Shown piece after piece: positions 1 through 15,336 of a DNA stretch of 64,000 nt. The position numbers were made by a program, and so were the translations under genes. The notes beneath the pieces were generated by a model that saw nothing but the letters and a program-made list of their open reading frames with translations, ran no database searches and was not told the DNA's origin. Within the stretch, counting starts at the first letter, position 1. Every line of letters starts with the position of its first letter. Source of the DNA: Eledone cirrhosa (lineage: Eukaryota); assembly GCA_964016885.1 (NCBI GenBank), contig OZ024740.1, positions 55,552,001 through 55,616,000 of the forward strand. Reading direction: 5' to 3'.

Positions 1-1094
1 GAATTATGTTTAGTATACAACTATCTGTGCGCTGGGCCACTTCGCATTATCAAGAAGAGTACTGGTTGACGTATAATTACTGAATTGAATAACGTGCCAC
101 ACTTTAACCGTGAGGCAGACCGAATCAGTCTAGACCATACTTGTCCAAGGGTATCTCGATCTTCCGGAAACAGTTTTCACTCTCTTTCCTTCTTTAGGAG
201 AAATTAGCTGTGTTCAGGTCCGGCGAGTGAAGGATGTTCAGGCTTTTAACATGACCAAGACGCGTTGAGCGTCAACATATCACCCCTACCACTCCATCTG
301 AAGCTAAGGTACTTTTTCTTTGTTTGAATTACTACACAAGGTGCGCAGTTTACACATGGAAGGTAAACACTCGGTGTGACATGAGCTCTAAAACGATATA
401 AATTCTCGGCTGAGATACTTTTCTTTTGGTGTACAAACGGTATCATGTCGAAGTCAATATATTCGATAGAATTATTTATACTATGCCAATCTTACTTCTA
501 TTTAGACAGGAGTCTATAATCAACTCTTAGGAAATGACCTAATAACACATTAATGATTACGGTACGTTTCATTTTTCATTTAAAATATTTCACCGAATTA
601 TATTCCTTTTGGAAGTTTGTGAATATATCAAGTGTAAAGAATTCTTAATTGTGCTGAAATTTCTACAAAATTAATCACAACTCTTAAATTCTGAAATTAA
701 TTAACACACCGAATCTACTAACTTAATGAATGAAATTATTTTTGTTTCTACCAACATACAGGAGCTCGATTAAATCCTAATTTGTGGTGGCAATTCTAAA
801 TCTATTGGCTTATTTGTCATGCAGGCAGATACAAATTACTTTAACATACACCATTTATGTCAGCAAGTAGAGTGATTAACATTCGGTAGCATGAATATTG
901 ATTTCTTTTATTTAGAAACAAATCTGAATTTTCCCAGAGTGAATGTACACATAATTGAATCGAAACCAGCACATTTCTGTTGTGGGTTCTAATTGACCAC
1001 GTGGAATTGGAAGGTGAAGTTAACCTGAGCTGGATTTGAACACAGAACCTATGTTATTATTTTATGTACTATACGAAATTTGGTTTTAACCTGT

Positions 1095-1102
1095 CTTCTT
1101 CT

Positions 1103-1135
<33 letters not shown>

Positions 1136-1158
1136 ACTTCTTCTTCTACTTCTTCTTC

Positions 1159-1190
<32 letters not shown>

Positions 1191-1330
1191 CTTCTTCTTC
1201 TTCTTCTTCTTCTTCTTCTTCTTCTCCTCCTCCTCCTCCTCCTCCTCCTCCCCTCCTCCTCATCCCCCTCCTCATCCTCCTCCTCCTTCTTCTTCTTCTT
1301 CTTCTTCTTCTTCTTCTTCTTCTTCTTCTC
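1095..1330. repeat. (CTT)n/(CCT)n trinucleotide microsatellite
   Basis: Directly visible; explains the poly-S/L/E/R ORFs at 1064-1354. Confidence 0.97.
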
Positions 1331-1759
1331 AGCAAATGTCTGATTAAGAATTAGGATATATGTATGTATGCGCGCGTGTATATATGTAAATAATTACCGT
1401 TCATATAAATATTTTTATACATACAGCCACGTTAGCAAAGCATTATAACATGTTTTCCCAGGAACTACTGCATAAAGATACGCTTGTATTCGTACCCTTT
1501 AACATCTCAGTAGCCCCAACCGTGAATGCATCATTGGCATTTACAGCACAGGCTGTTATAACCAAGAATTGGTTAAATATTTTATTGCAATTTGTAAAGA
1601 CTGACGTCAGCAGTTAAAGATTTTCGAAGGGTCAACTGTTAGTTCATTAAGCAACACCAAAATACCTTACACACTGCAGAAAAAATAAATGAAGCGACTC
1701 CATTCATAAAACTTCGTTTGATCATTATTTCTCTGCATATGTGTATGTCATTCACTGTT

Positions 1760-2950
1760 ATATAACAATAAACGTTATATACATACTACATATACATATG
1801 TATAGGTTCGAGTTATATATCACAGTTCTAATCCACAGGTATCTCTCCAGAACTGCTATAACCCAGCAGTGGGTATGAAATTTCAATCTCTTGAACTCGT
1901 ATTTAAGCACAGTTTGTATCCCAGTAGGCAATAACATATTTTCTGGATATCCTAACTTTTCTCCAGATTGATTTTGCCGCACTAACGTACCTACCATATT
2001 ATGGAGCTATACTTTCTCTAGGTATTCTTTCCATGACTCTTAATATAGAATATGGCGGATAATGCTACTGCTTGGTATCCATTGTACTTCATTGGAGTGT
2101 TGTTATTCCGCAGACACGCTCAGCCTTCAGAATGATCAGTTGGCATTGGAAATTCTACAACCTAGCTCATCAATAAGCCTATGGTTGCTACGTAAAGTAA
2201 TGCCAAAGAAGTGTCTTGCCTCTATCAACCTTCTACCTTTCGAAGATAGACTGAGTTAGTGCTACCTGGTACGTATGAAGGATTAACTCATAAAATATTC
2301 AATCCCAATATTTGTTTATATTGAAACCAATTTTAGTGGCTGTACTGCCAAAGCATTTGCAAGGCATTGAATAGCATATGCTATACCGGTGATGAACGTA
2401 AATTCATCAGTAAACAACATTTATACCACTACTAAATGCTTGAATGTACTCTTAGTTCTAAGGTGCGATACTTTAGCCCCATGCAAGCATAAAAACTTGC
2501 CTGTAAGAATAAGTCGTTATTTCAGTTGCGGAATGCCTCTGCAAGATTCAGTGACTGATAGAGTGGCGGAAGTGTTGAGATTAACATGCAGTCTAACTTC
2601 ACTACCACTGCAAAACCAAACTGTATAGATATAGTAGCAAACTGCATAAACATTGTCCCCATATCAGTGCGTAAAGATTTGACCATATAAATGAATTAAT
2701 CGGGACATCCAACTTGATTATCTACCACAGCCTTAGACGGTTTACTGCTTCGAATGCTTTCGGAAAGTCGATTGTGTGACTTCTTCTTATCCATTCATTT
2801 AACTCATATCTGGCGGAAGCAGAATACCATATGTTGCTGCTTTCATTTCGGAGCTCACATTCAGTTTCAAGCAGAACTAGAGCGATTTTCTTACTCAAGC
2901 AACACGAATGAGAGGATCTCCACTGTAGCAAGTAGGAATTTCATTGATAA
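1760..2950 (-). pseudogene. Heavily decayed non-LTR (RTE-like) reverse transcriptase fragment
   Basis: Minus-strand IDFPKAFEAVNRLRLW (cf. DFxKAFDxV) near 2730-2780, RGIPQ near 2530-2545, and ITGIAYA (cf. ITDLxYADD) near 2375-2395, in the expected order, with stops and frameshifts. Confidence 0.5.
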
Positions 2951-5137
2951 TTGCCACAGTTTTTCCCTTCATTCATCTTGAATAGTGGTTATATGCATTA
3001 TCTGATAGAGTCATCTAACGAGTTTCTCTCCTCCAATTTTCCACACCTACTCCTAGTTCATTTCTATTTCTGATTGACCTGGTTACAAATATGACCTCCA
3101 CTTCCTTTGCCCGATCATCCATCCACGCACCAGTAATGTTCGAGCAATTTCTCGCTCGATAATCTCTGTTGAATTAAAGATTTGAAGGAAGTATTTTGGT
3201 TATCATTTCATTATTTCACATGTTTATTCTGGAAACGTGTTGATCCACCGTCTGTTCTTGATCTGGCATAGAATTTTGAACTGTTTGCAACTCAATTGCT
3301 TGGATTTCCTACTACTCTAACTTCATAGCGGTGCTGTGCCGTTGACACATTTTTCTGTCGTTCCTGAATCTGGTAGGTTGAACATGTGTTGAGAACCTGG
3401 AAGCGTTTCTTTTGAGCTTAGTTATAGTTTTAAGTTTGGTGTCCTCACAATAAAATCAGTCTTAGCGTTTCTTTTTTTAGTTTTCATGCTAGGTCCATTT
3501 TGTTTTAATCTTTCTACGTTTTCTTTTTTCCATCTATTTCCGGAGAATCCTTCATATATCTTTAAAGAATAACCCTTACATAACTGTCCACCTTAGCTTA
3601 ATTAGGTTGGTATGTTTGGTCCTGTTACTTTTGTATACAATCATAAATATCACCTTCGAATGGAATAATTTGCAGTAGTATTCAAGCCACGACTTCGGTT
3701 TGATAATAATTTCCTCTCTTCCTCACAACTATTATTTCTAAGGGATTGAAATATGTAATAGAGGCTGCCTATCCTCCGCTAAACAATTCATTTGAATTGT
3801 TTATTTCTATTATATACTGTCATTTCTTGCTAATCTCTTAGATTGATGCATAAATGTATGTGAGGGAATTTAAACAAATGCATATAGATGTCTACGTTTA
3901 TGTGTGTGCAAATGTAATGGATTGTGTGTGTGTGTGTGTGCATATGAGTGTGTCTGTGTGTCTGTGTCTCTGTGCAATCGATGTTTTACATAGAGATATT
4001 TGATTCTATATATAATCTAATTAACTGAAGTGATGCAACTTAAAATATTATATCTTAGTACCGGAGTATTCTTACATCCGAAAAGGTATGCATTTAATTC
4101 TAGGAATAAATGATGAATACATGTGTCGTTATATTTTCTCTCTAATAGATGTCCTGTCTTACGAAAGTCACTGTCAACATACGTAGATTTCCATTATCTT
4201 AATTGGAATGTTGAGTAAGCTTTGTCATTTCTATGCGCAGTGTGATATTGTAAAACCCCTCTATTTTCACCACTCTCTATCAATGCTCTCTATGTAAACC
4301 CGTTTTGCTTAGGTATTGGTAATGGTATGAGGAGATATTTCTTCATTGATCATTGTCACCACTTTCAAAAATTTATATCTTTTTATATTCGCTTGCACGT
4401 AGTGTCTTCCAAGTCGCGCCCTATTACTGACATAATGTTGATGCCAGCTGCCATTTCGAGTCAATGTTGTTGAATGTTGTAGGCCAATTTAACATGTCGG
4501 ACAATTACCAAGCTGGAAGCTATGCAATGAGAATGTCTAATGCAACTTACTATCTAATCAAGGTCTTAATGACATAAACAGCTGTTAACAGTGACTCAAC
4601 CCTGACAACATTGCTGTGAAGTGATATATAAAATAAACTTCACGTGAACTTAAATAACGGCATTAAATATGTTTGAAAATAAAACGATGCCAGTTTCTGA
4701 GATTTACAAATTTTGTAACGAAGTGTCAGCATCAATATAACAAGTAATCGCAGTACGATTGATCCAATATTTTGTGTTTGTATGTAATTCATAGCTTTTA
4801 ACTTCATTTATTCGATTGCAAACATCATATCACGTTAATGCTTTGTGGTTTTTGTGTCACATATGACACATCGTACTGAAAAACCTCTCAATTTTTTCTT
4901 TGTGTATATCTAAAGATTATTTGCGATTTTTAATAAGAGCATACAAGCAATCACCTATGATGGGAATATTACGAAATATATTTGGAAAGGTCGATATGAT
5001 GGTTGCTAAAGTTGATTTTCAGGGCAAAATTGACGGACAGTTAGATATATAGTATGATCGCTTTGTAGATATTGCATATTTGCTGTCAAGCATGCTGACA
5101 AGATCGGTAGGTAGATTGTTCGTTGTTCGTACATTAG

Positions 5138-5194
<57 letters not shown>

Positions 5195-5949
5195 GAAATA
5201 TAGATAGACAGAAACCAAATAGCTGAATACATTTCTGATGTGTTTAATACTGATTTGTAAAGACTGAAAATTCATGATCAAATTCATTAATCTATTGACA
5301 TGACGTCGTGTTCTACTTTTTAAATATCAAAACACGATGCAATTTGTGAAAGTAAAATAAAAACAAGAGTATTCAACAAGAACCTACGGTTACTTGACAA
5401 AAATAAACATATACTATATATTTCAATATCATGGAAGGAATTAATTTATCGCGGAGAAATTATACGATTTTCCAAAAATAGCTGAATTTATACCTACCCT
5501 ACCACACTAACTGTAATAATACATTAAATGAAACAGAAATTGTTTCAGTTATTTACAATACAATTTTGTCAAATTTTATTTTTTTTAAATTTAACATTTT
5601 ATCTTACGAAATTCCAGAATTTTCCCCGGAACACTAAGATTACTCAGAATTAAGATTCAGAAACAATGATATAAATGATAGCAAAATAATGAGTGGAGTC
5701 AATCAATTTTAGCTTATATGCCACTCAAGTGTTCCATATTGCCAGCAGCATACAATAACGTCATACCTAGTTTCATATATTAATGTAAAATAATATATCA
5801 CACACATATAATAATACAAAATTATATAGAATCTTCTGTCGTTGCCACCTAGAAACCAGTACCTTTTTCCAGTGTAGTCCTACTGGTATATCAACCAGGA
5901 TGATATATACCTTGAATAAGGTATAAAACTATCTGGCATTAGAGTGCCG

Positions 5950-6800
5950 AATGGAATCCTGTCATTTGGTCAAGCTCTCTGTATTTTCAAATACTCCCGA
6001 TTTCACGGTTAAGTTTCATCAGTCCAGGGAAGCGGTTTGGTAGCATGTTTAGAGCGTTAAACTTTCATAGCAGTGTGTAATCGGAAATGTTGTGTTCTGA
6101 GTTGAAAATACGCCCGGAATACAAATCTAACTGCGCCTCGTGCACTGTGAGAAGACAGCAAATCAGACTACGGTAGACTACGGTGCTGACATGTCTCTAT
6201 TACTCAAGATATCTACCATGGATAAGGGGCTTTGAAGACTAGGCCCTAGAAGACTAGGGACTCTGTCTCTATACTAATCAAACCCTCGCACAGATATCTC
6301 CTGGATTTCAGTAACCTTGGAAATGTCGACTACATCTTAAAGTAGATATATAGAGGAAAACATAGGACAGACAGGAATAAAATGCTTTAAATTATAACAT
6401 TCAAGAATGTATTTTATTGGGATGACAAGGAAGAGAAGTGGTTTGGGGTTCGGATAGTAGTTAAAACATTGCTTAGTTTCTTGTTGTTTAACAGGTTATT
6501 CCTAATCGAGGAACCCTATAATCACATGCATTACAGCTCTTCTTAGATAGGTCTAGTTGTACAATATCGAATTTAATCTGTTCTTATCGAAGATGGTTGG
6601 GTGTATTTTCAAAGTGATTTGTCTCTTAATTCTTGTCTGTTTTGCTCTCTAACTTTTGAGAAACAAATGTAGTACATTAAATACGTACCATGACCAAGGG
6701 CTGAGTTTCTTGTTTGAAGCTGTTTCATTTCAATTAATAACCTTATAAAATATTGGCGGCGCAGCTGGCTACTTATATTTATGTATACAAAGCCATAAAA
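5950..6800 (-). mobile_element. Possible very old PLE 3' end (decayed GIY-YIG plus decayed HHR)
   Basis: Minus-strand peptide traces YI..SFK, KKSCNAC and NNLLNNK resemble the GIY-YIG C-terminus of the other PLEs here; a CTGATGA-n11-GAAA motif lies downstream (~6001-6022, minus). Confidence 0.3.
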
Positions 6801-7650
6801 CATCTCTAGACACCATTTTTGTCAAGAGTAGGATGATTATTAAATGGTTAATCATTCATTTCTTACCTCGGTATAATGGCTAAACATTTTTGGTGAAGGG
6901 TGACAAGTCAATTAAATCGACTGAAGGACTTGCCTGGTAGATCATTTCCGCTAATCGGGAGGAAGGAAACAGAAAACTGCTCTCAGTGGGCTTCTCATTT
7001 TAAAAGTAAATTGCTTTAACTATATTTCGCAAGCAAGTATGTCTGTCATTCTACCGATTCTGACAACGCTCTCTGATTAATGATTAATTATTACCACACA
7101 ATGTTTGCTGTTGTTAATATGAATGTGCTTACCTTTGTATCTGCATGTATTTATATTTGAAAATAGATTTTTCAGTAAAGGAAAACCGGATAAATTAAAC
7201 ATTTGAAGTTATAACAACTTCACAATACGAATGAAGTAGTCAGCTTAGCTTGTTGGTTCATAATTTCAGATAAATAATTTGGAAGACACATTTGTTATTT
7301 TCTTCTTTTCTTTTCGCTTCAAGCTACGGCTACGAATTGTTCCGAACGAGTTTGTTTAGTTCCAATAAATATTTTTGTTAAAGAAATCAAATTTATTCCA
7401 TTGAGAATCATTGTCTGTCATTATAAATCGCAAATGTGAATATATTTACCTCTTATCCATTGTTTCTTTTTATGGAAATTTTCTTCTTCTTTTAGAGCTA
7501 ATTGACTCCTGAAGCGATATATAATTTCTTTTCAACCTATAGAATATGCAATTGGTTTGCGCTTATATTTGCATCCGCATAACGTTAAACATTTCCAGCC
7601 GACGCATTTCACAAATGACTTGCTATAAACCACGACGACTTTGCTTTTAC

Positions 7651-7757
<107 letters not shown>

Positions 7758-8594
7758 GAATTTGGGGGAAATAATCCTCCCCACCTCCTTCGGAGGAAGC
7801 GTTCTCAATCCAGAAACTACTTCATATAATATCCATTAATATATTCCCATACTAATAGCAACCCCTAATCCTACCTCCACAGAACGAAACCACGTGGAAA
7901 TAACACTCATATCACCATTACAATATAGATACGAGTGTACAGAAACATGGGTTAGTAGTATTGGTAAGGTGTTTGTAACGCAACAAGGCCCTGGTTTCGT
8001 TCTCCTTGCGTAGTAACATGTTTTGTTAGTGCAGTTGAATAGACCTGCCTGTTGCAAGCATTCACACCTAGTCTTGGTATAACATATAAGAAAGACATTT
8101 TATAAAAGTTATAACATCAGCAATAAAAAATTATCGTTTAATATTATTATAAAAAATCAATTGCACATTGACAAGATGGAGAAAATTAATTTTGAGAATA
8201 CGCAGTAGTACCGTAAATCTGTATACACGTGGTGTTTTTAGAATTTGCAAAAATGTTACCAGATATCTATAATTTTATCACAAAACTAATTTTCAGCTGT
8301 GACTCATGTTTTCTGCTACAAAACTCATCTGCTAGAAATGTTATTACTGCTTCCTATTGCAGAAACGCATCAGTCGTGTTTTGTTCCTACATCTGCTTCA
8401 TTGACATAGAGATAAAATCCCACTCCCGAAGATGGCACGTTGAATCAAAAGTAAAGACAAAAATAACACAAAACACAATATTTTAAAATATGCAACAGAC
8501 TAGGCTTAGTATCATTGGCCGTTTTATTCTTGGTCTTTTCATACCTGCATAAAGTGCAACAACATCGGAACGTCGTACTTTAGTTGTTGCTATG

Positions 8595-8634
<40 letters not shown>

Positions 8635-9292
8635 CCTTTGATATGATATTATTTTTGTGTTTCACTTATTACAAATCGGGAATTCGAGGGCACTGCCTTT
8701 AATTTCGGGCATGTCAATTATTTTGATGATCTTTGAGTTTTGGCTGATTAATTTAAGGGACAACTGGTAAAATTTGATTTCAACACTACACCCACACATA
8801 CAGGCAAAGTCACACATATTATTCTCTCCTAAGCCAGTCCGAGAAGGTCCGTCTAAAGTATTCAACTACCAAAAAGCTGAGTAGTTACGAAACTCATACT
8901 AAATGCGAGCGCATCAAACAGATAATAACTGTAAACGTAGTCGATTGCTTTAAGTTATAGCTTAGAAAATCGGATAAGATACACTTATCGAACTCCGAAT
9001 CTCTGAAATTCAGATGGAAGGTTCTAGTCATTAAGCTAAGGGACCTCTGACAGTCCTTTCAATCACTTGATAGATGACTCAGCTGGAATTTGAGAGATAT
9101 AGATGTCGAATTCTGGAAGCGACTGCTAACTACACTTTTCCATTAAAGGATATTTTACCCAATTTCCTAAGCTATTACTTAGCGATTGACTATGTTTACA
9201 GTTATTTTCTGCGTATGAGATACCGACATTTTCTAAGAATAGAGACAACGTGGGGCCGATAACGTAGTTACATATATATATATATATATATA

Positions 9293-9812
9293 TGATGGCT
9301 GCCCCCTCGTTATCGAGTATGGCCATTGCACGATATACCATTATTAATAATTATTAATTAATTCTATCGTACAATGCCTGTGCGTGAAGATATTTTTTAA
9401 AGTGAGGAAAGACTGTGCACTGAGCCAATCCCATTCTCTGAGCGACAGTAGGTATAACCCGAAAAGAGGAAAGATCAACATCATCGGTAACTGCTGAGCC
9501 GCAGATTTTATTTCGGAGTTATCTCTGTTTCCTGAGTTGCCTTCTCCTAGAAGAATGCCCTGACAAAGGCTAGGGGTCCTTCACTCCCAGTGGTTTAACC
9601 ACACGGTACATGTGTATATACATATTTACACACTTTTGGATGGCCGTTGACTCTTATGAGTTCTTCCGCCCTTTGTCAGGTATTGTTTTTTGTCCTGCAG
9701 GGTGTCCAAAATCACCCTCCACACCAAGTAAACTTGGTGGGGATGCCGGTTTAGTCACCGACGACCCTACCATACGACAGGTTGTACTGGGTTACATGTT
9801 ACCAGTAGCACT
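9293..9812 (-). mobile_element. Non-autonomous RTE-related element, copy 1
   Basis: Collinear with 10879-11484; carries CTAGGAGAAGG(C/A)AACTC, which I recall from RTE-clade 5' UTRs; no ORF; flanked by TA repeats. Confidence 0.5.
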
Positions 9813-9826
9813 CAAATATATATATA

Positions 9827-9947
9827 TATTAAAATAACAGATTAAATTTTAAGCAAAGAATCGCTGCTTTCACCCTTAACGGGAGAAGATCCCGTTAAGG
9901 GTGAAAGCAGCGATTTTTTGCTTAAACTTTAATCTGTTATTTTAATA
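9827..9947. repeat. Near-perfect palindrome, 58-bp arms with 5-nt loop
   Basis: 9827-9884 is the reverse complement of 9890-9947 with about 2 mismatches; loop GAAGA; sits in an island between (TA)n tracts. Confidence 0.95.
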
Positions 9948-10023
9948 AATATTTGCTCTACGGTTCATATATATTTGATATATATTTATCCTTATCGAGC
10001 CCTCTTTGGATTTTAGTCTTCAA

Positions 10024-10139
<116 letters not shown>

Positions 10140-10238
10140 TTGAGGTTGGTAATGGCACATGGAATATATAAGAGACAGAATACTTTTTTGTGAAAAAACA
10201 TATAATTTTATAAGGTAACGAAATAATAAAGAGTATAA

Positions 10239-10286
10239 AAAATGACCGGTTTCGATGGGTCTGCAAAAGCCATCTTTTCAAATGTT
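10239..10286 (-). ncRNA. Type I hammerhead motif (U3:A8 variant), inverted-arm copy of PLE1
   Basis: Reverse complement of 15863-15910. Confidence 0.65.
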
Positions 10287-10648
10287 GATTAATATTAAGA
10301 AAAATTAATAATAAGAAGAGTTAAAATTTGAGATTTGAAAATTCAAGTATAAAATTAATTGTGGGATTTCGTAGTAGTTTTCATCTTGGTAGCAGCTCGT
10401 TGACTGCTGTGTGCCTTTCTGGTAGTGAATGAGAAGTTATTTGGGGGTGTGGGTTATTTTATAAAGGTCAGATTTAGCAATGGCCAGATGGCCAGCTGCT
10501 GGTCAGTGAGGGGGTGGAAGCAATATACATACATATATCTTCCCGTGGTCGGTAGGAGAGGGGAGATTGATAGAAAGGGATTTAGTGCACTTACACCTAT
10601 ATATACACACATACCTTCATCCACACATACATACATATACATATACAT

Positions 10649-10707
<59 letters not shown>

Positions 10708-10878
10708 CACACATACATACACACACACATATATATACATACACACATACACACACACATATATATGCACATACACACACATACATGCACACACACACAC
10801 ACACACATATATACACATATACATACACATATATATACACACACCCACACATACATACACACACACACATATATATAC

Positions 10879-11484
10879 ATGGTGGCTGCCAACTCGTTTT
10901 CGAGTACGGCCACTACTTTATATCCATGTAGGAGAACCCCTACCGGTGAGCTGAGCGAGTGTGACTTTTTAGTCCAGCGACTTGAAAACTCTGGTACAAA
11001 CACTACACTTGTGACAATTATTGACACATAGTGCTGGGCCCATGGTACCATGTGACGACAAGTGCAGAGAGATCTCCAGATATAAAGCAATCCCTGTGCT
11101 GTGAAGCATTTATAGTGAGCAAAGGCACTGCACAAAGCCAGTCCCACTCTCTTAACCAAGATGATATTTACCAAAAAGAAGAACAAGTCAACATCATTGG
11201 ATACCATCAGAGTTGCAGGTGTTATATCAGAGTTTTCCTTCTCCTAGAATTCTGCCTTGACAAAGGCTAAGGGGTCATCTCTCCCGGTGATTTAGGATGG
11301 CCATTGATTCTTCAGAGCTCCTTTTCCCTTTGACAGGTTTTGTTTTTATTCCTGCAAGATGTCCAAAGTCACCCTCCTCACCAAGAAACCTTGGTGGGGT
11401 TGCAAGTTTAGTCGCCAACGACCCGACCATGAGACAAGTTGTACTGGGATGCATGTTACCAGTAGCACCAACTGGTGACCTGAC
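10879..11484 (-). mobile_element. Non-autonomous RTE-related element, copy 2, nested in the left arm of PLE1
   Basis: Homologous to 9293-9812 and, in its 5' part, to the element at ~39989; minus strand reads TCTAGGAGAAGGAAAACTCTGA. Confidence 0.55.
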
Positions 11485-11528
11485 ATATATATATACATAC
11501 ATATATACATACATATATACATACGTAT

Positions 11529-11599
<71 letters not shown>

Positions 11600-11960
11600 T
11601 ATTTACATATATATATATACATATATATATATACATATATATATCATATATATATATACATATATATACATATATATATATATATACATATATATATCAT
11701 ATATATATACATATATATATATACATATATATATCATATATATATATCATATATATATATATATATACATATATATATACATACATATATATATACATAT
11801 ATATATCATATATATATATACATATATATATACATACATATATCATATATATATGTACATATATATATATATATATACATATATATATCATATATATATA
11901 TATATATATACATATATATATCATATATATATATATATTTATATATATATACATATATAT

Positions 11961-12006
<46 letters not shown>

Positions 12007-12047
12007 TATATATCATATATATATATATATATATACATATATATATC

Positions 12048-12080
<33 letters not shown>

Positions 12081-12720
12081 TATATCATATATATATATAT
12101 ATATATATATCATATATATATATATACAATAACATATATATATATATACATATATACATACAATAACATATATATATATACATATACATATATATATATA
12201 TATACATACATATATACATATATATATATATACACATATATATATACATACATATATACATACATACATATATACATACAAATATACATACATATATACA
12301 TACATATACATATATATATATATATATCTATTATATCTATATATCTATATATATACATATATATATCTATATATACATACATACACATACATACATATAT
12401 ACATTCATATATACATATACATACATATATATATATACATACATATACATACATATATATATATACATATATATATATACATACATATATATATATACAT
12501 ACATATACACACACACATATATATATACATATATACATATACATACATATACACATACACATATATATACATATACATATATACATATATATATATATAT
12601 ACATACATACATATATATATAAATATACATACATATATACATACATATATACATACATACATATATATAAACACATACACACACACATATATATATATAT
12701 ATTTATATATATATATACAT
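11485..12720. repeat. 1.2-kb compound (TA)n/(TACA)n microsatellite
   Basis: Directly visible; source of the YI/HT-rich spurious ORFs. Confidence 0.97.
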
Positions 12721-12915
12721 AGAGAGAGAAAGAGAGAGTAACGAAAAATAAGATTTAGTTATATCCAAAGTTGGTAGAGCACTCAGTCCAAAGGACGAGT
12801 TGGGTATAAAGTTAATTCCACAACAACCACCAAACAATAGAATAGAACGAAGGTATTTTTGGAGGAGCTAAATTTGTTGTCTCTGCTAAGATTGTCTTGG
12901 AAGGGGCTAGAGTGC

Positions 12916-13220
12916 TTATAGAAGGTATGTTAGTGGCTAAGTCTAGAATACTTGCCTTATAGAAGGTATGTTAGTGGCTAAGTCTAGAATACTTGCCTTA
13001 TAGAAGGTATGTTAGTGGCAAAGTCTAGAATACTTGCCTTATAGAAGGTATGTTAGTGGCAAAGTCTAGAATACTTGCCTTATAGAAGGTATGTTAGTGG
13101 CAAAGTCTAGAATACTTGCCTTATAGAAGGTATGTTAGTGGCTAAGTCTAGAATACTTGCCTTATAGAAGGTAATGTTAGTGGCTATGTCTAGAATACTT
13201 GCCTTATAGAAGGCAAGTAT
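12916..13220. repeat. Tandem array of a 41-bp unit (~7 copies) ending in a fold-back
   Basis: Unit TTATAGAAGGTATGTTAGTGGCTAAGTCTAGAATACTTGCC starts at 12916, 12957, 12998, 13039, 13080, 13121 and 13162; terminal hairpin AATACTTGCCTT-ATAG-AAGGCAAGTATT. Confidence 0.95.
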
Positions 13221-13393
13221 TATATATATATACATAGACACATACAAACACATACACACACACACATATATATACACATACACACACATATATATACACA
13301 CACATATATATATACACATACGCATACATCCAGATACACACATACATACACACACACACACACACGCACACACAATACATACATACACATGCA

Positions 13394-13435
<42 letters not shown>

Positions 13436-13967
13436 TACATACACCCACACACAGAGAAATGGCCTCCAAATATATATATATACATACATACACTTATATT
13501 TTTTCCATAATATAAGAAGTTAGGACAGTGAAATTAAAATACAAGTCATTATGATCACATTGAGTTCTTCATGTAGATTGGGCCCCGCAACCGACAGTGG
13601 TGAATTCTGTGTGCGCATATATATATAGATATATGTGTGTGCACGTGCAGGGTTTAACATGGATGTGTTGGTCACACAAGGACATAGTCTGTCAACGAAT
13701 AAACCTGATTCTACAGAATTGGTCTCTGGTCTTTAATAGTAGTGATAATTATATACATGCACACATACAAACACATATATCTGTCACTCCGTGCGTATGT
13801 GTGTTTATATTTTATGACAATTCTATTGGGGTGATAACCCGTTTAGTTTTGGTTTAAATTTGTTAAGGAATAGATTTTCTTTGTTTATTCTTTGTTGCTG
13901 TGTGAACGAATCTGAGCACTTGTAGAAGGGGAAGATTTTAAAGTTGGGTAGTGTCATTTCTGCGCAG

Positions 13968-14599
13968 AAAACCACACTCAACACCCTGCCATATGTATCC
14001 ACTTTCAACCCCAGAAATACCGAAATGTTTGATCACCTACACAAAAATCTCCCCATCCTACTTAAAGATGTAAAAATGAAGTCTATTCTTGAAACACACA
14101 AGATCCTTAAAAGTAAAAGACAACCCAAATCACTAAAACGCATTCTCACTGGACCAAATATACCCAAACCAATCCTCAACCCTACAGTTACCAAATGTGG
14201 TAGAACAAACTGTGGAACGTGCCTCTACCTCACTGAAGGACAAAGATTTACATTTAAAGATGGCCAAACATTTACAGTAAAAAACAATTTCACCTGCAAC
14301 TCGGAGAACTTGATTTACGCAATAACTTGCGGTGGGTGCAAACACAACTACATAGGACAGACGGGCACCTCATTACGCAAAAGAATGACCATCCACCGCC
14401 AACAAATCCGGGACGCTAGCACAAGAAAAATCCCCTTGAGCAGCCATATTGCGAACTGCGCAGGAATGACACTACCCAACTTAAAATCTTCCCCTTCTAC
14501 AAGTGCTCAGATTCGTTCACACAGCAACAAAGAATAAACAAAGAAAATCTATTCCTTAACAAATTTAAACCAAAACTAAACGGGTTATCACCCCAATAG
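13968..14599 (+). pseudogene. Penelope (Neptune-like) RT thumb, Cys linker and GIY-YIG endonuclease; 5'-truncated with a frameshift near the end
   Basis: PYVSTFNP, CGRTNCGTC, FTCNSENLIYAITCGGCKHNYIGQTG, RMTIH. The in-frame C-terminus (FKIFPFYKC...ENLFLNKFKPKLN) survives in the inverted copy (ORF 13823..14008 minus). Confidence 0.9.
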
Positions 14600-15041
14600 A
14601 ATTGTCATAAAATATAAACACACATACGCACGGAGTGACAGATATGTGTGTGTATGTGTGCATGTATATAATTTACACTACTATTAAAGACCAGAGACCA
14701 ATTCTGTAGAATCAGGTTTATTCGTTGACAGACCATGCCTTTGTGTGACCAACACATCCATGTTAAACCCTGCACGTGCACACACATATATCTATATATA
14801 TATGCGCACACAGAATTCACCACTGTCGGTTGCGGGGCCCAATCTACATGAAGAACTCAATGTGATCAGAATGACTTGTATTTTAATTTCACTGTCCTAA
14901 CTTCTTATATTATGGAAAAAATATATGTGTATGTATGTATATATATTTATTTGGAGGCCATTTCTCTGTGTGTGGGTGTATGTATGTGTATATGTGTGTG
15001 TGTGTGTGTGTGTATGTGTGTGCATGTGGATGTATGTATTG

Positions 15042-15084
<43 letters not shown>

Positions 15085-15278
15085 GTGTATCTGGATGTAT
15101 GCGTATGTGTATATATGTGTGTGTGTGTGTGTATATATATGTGTGTGTATGTGTATATATGTGTGTGTGTGTGTGTGTTTGTATGTGTGTATGTATATAT
15201 ATGTGTGTGTGTGTGTATGTATGTGTGGGTGTGTGTATATATATGTGTATGTATATGTGTATATATGTGTATGTACAC

Positions 15279-15336
<58 letters not shown>

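Noticed and set aside
7790-7905. HHR-like CGGAGGA...GTTCT/AGAAC-GAAA-CCACGTGG
   Set aside because: It has a palindromic stem III-like segment but no NUH site and no stem I; at best a decayed remnant.
8718-8775. HHR-like TTGATGA...GACAACTGGTA
   Set aside because: GAAA is disrupted and stem I has only ~2 bp in AT-rich sequence.
12916-13220. CRISPR-like array
   Set aside because: The units are contiguous with no unique spacers, there are no cas genes, and the context is eukaryotic.
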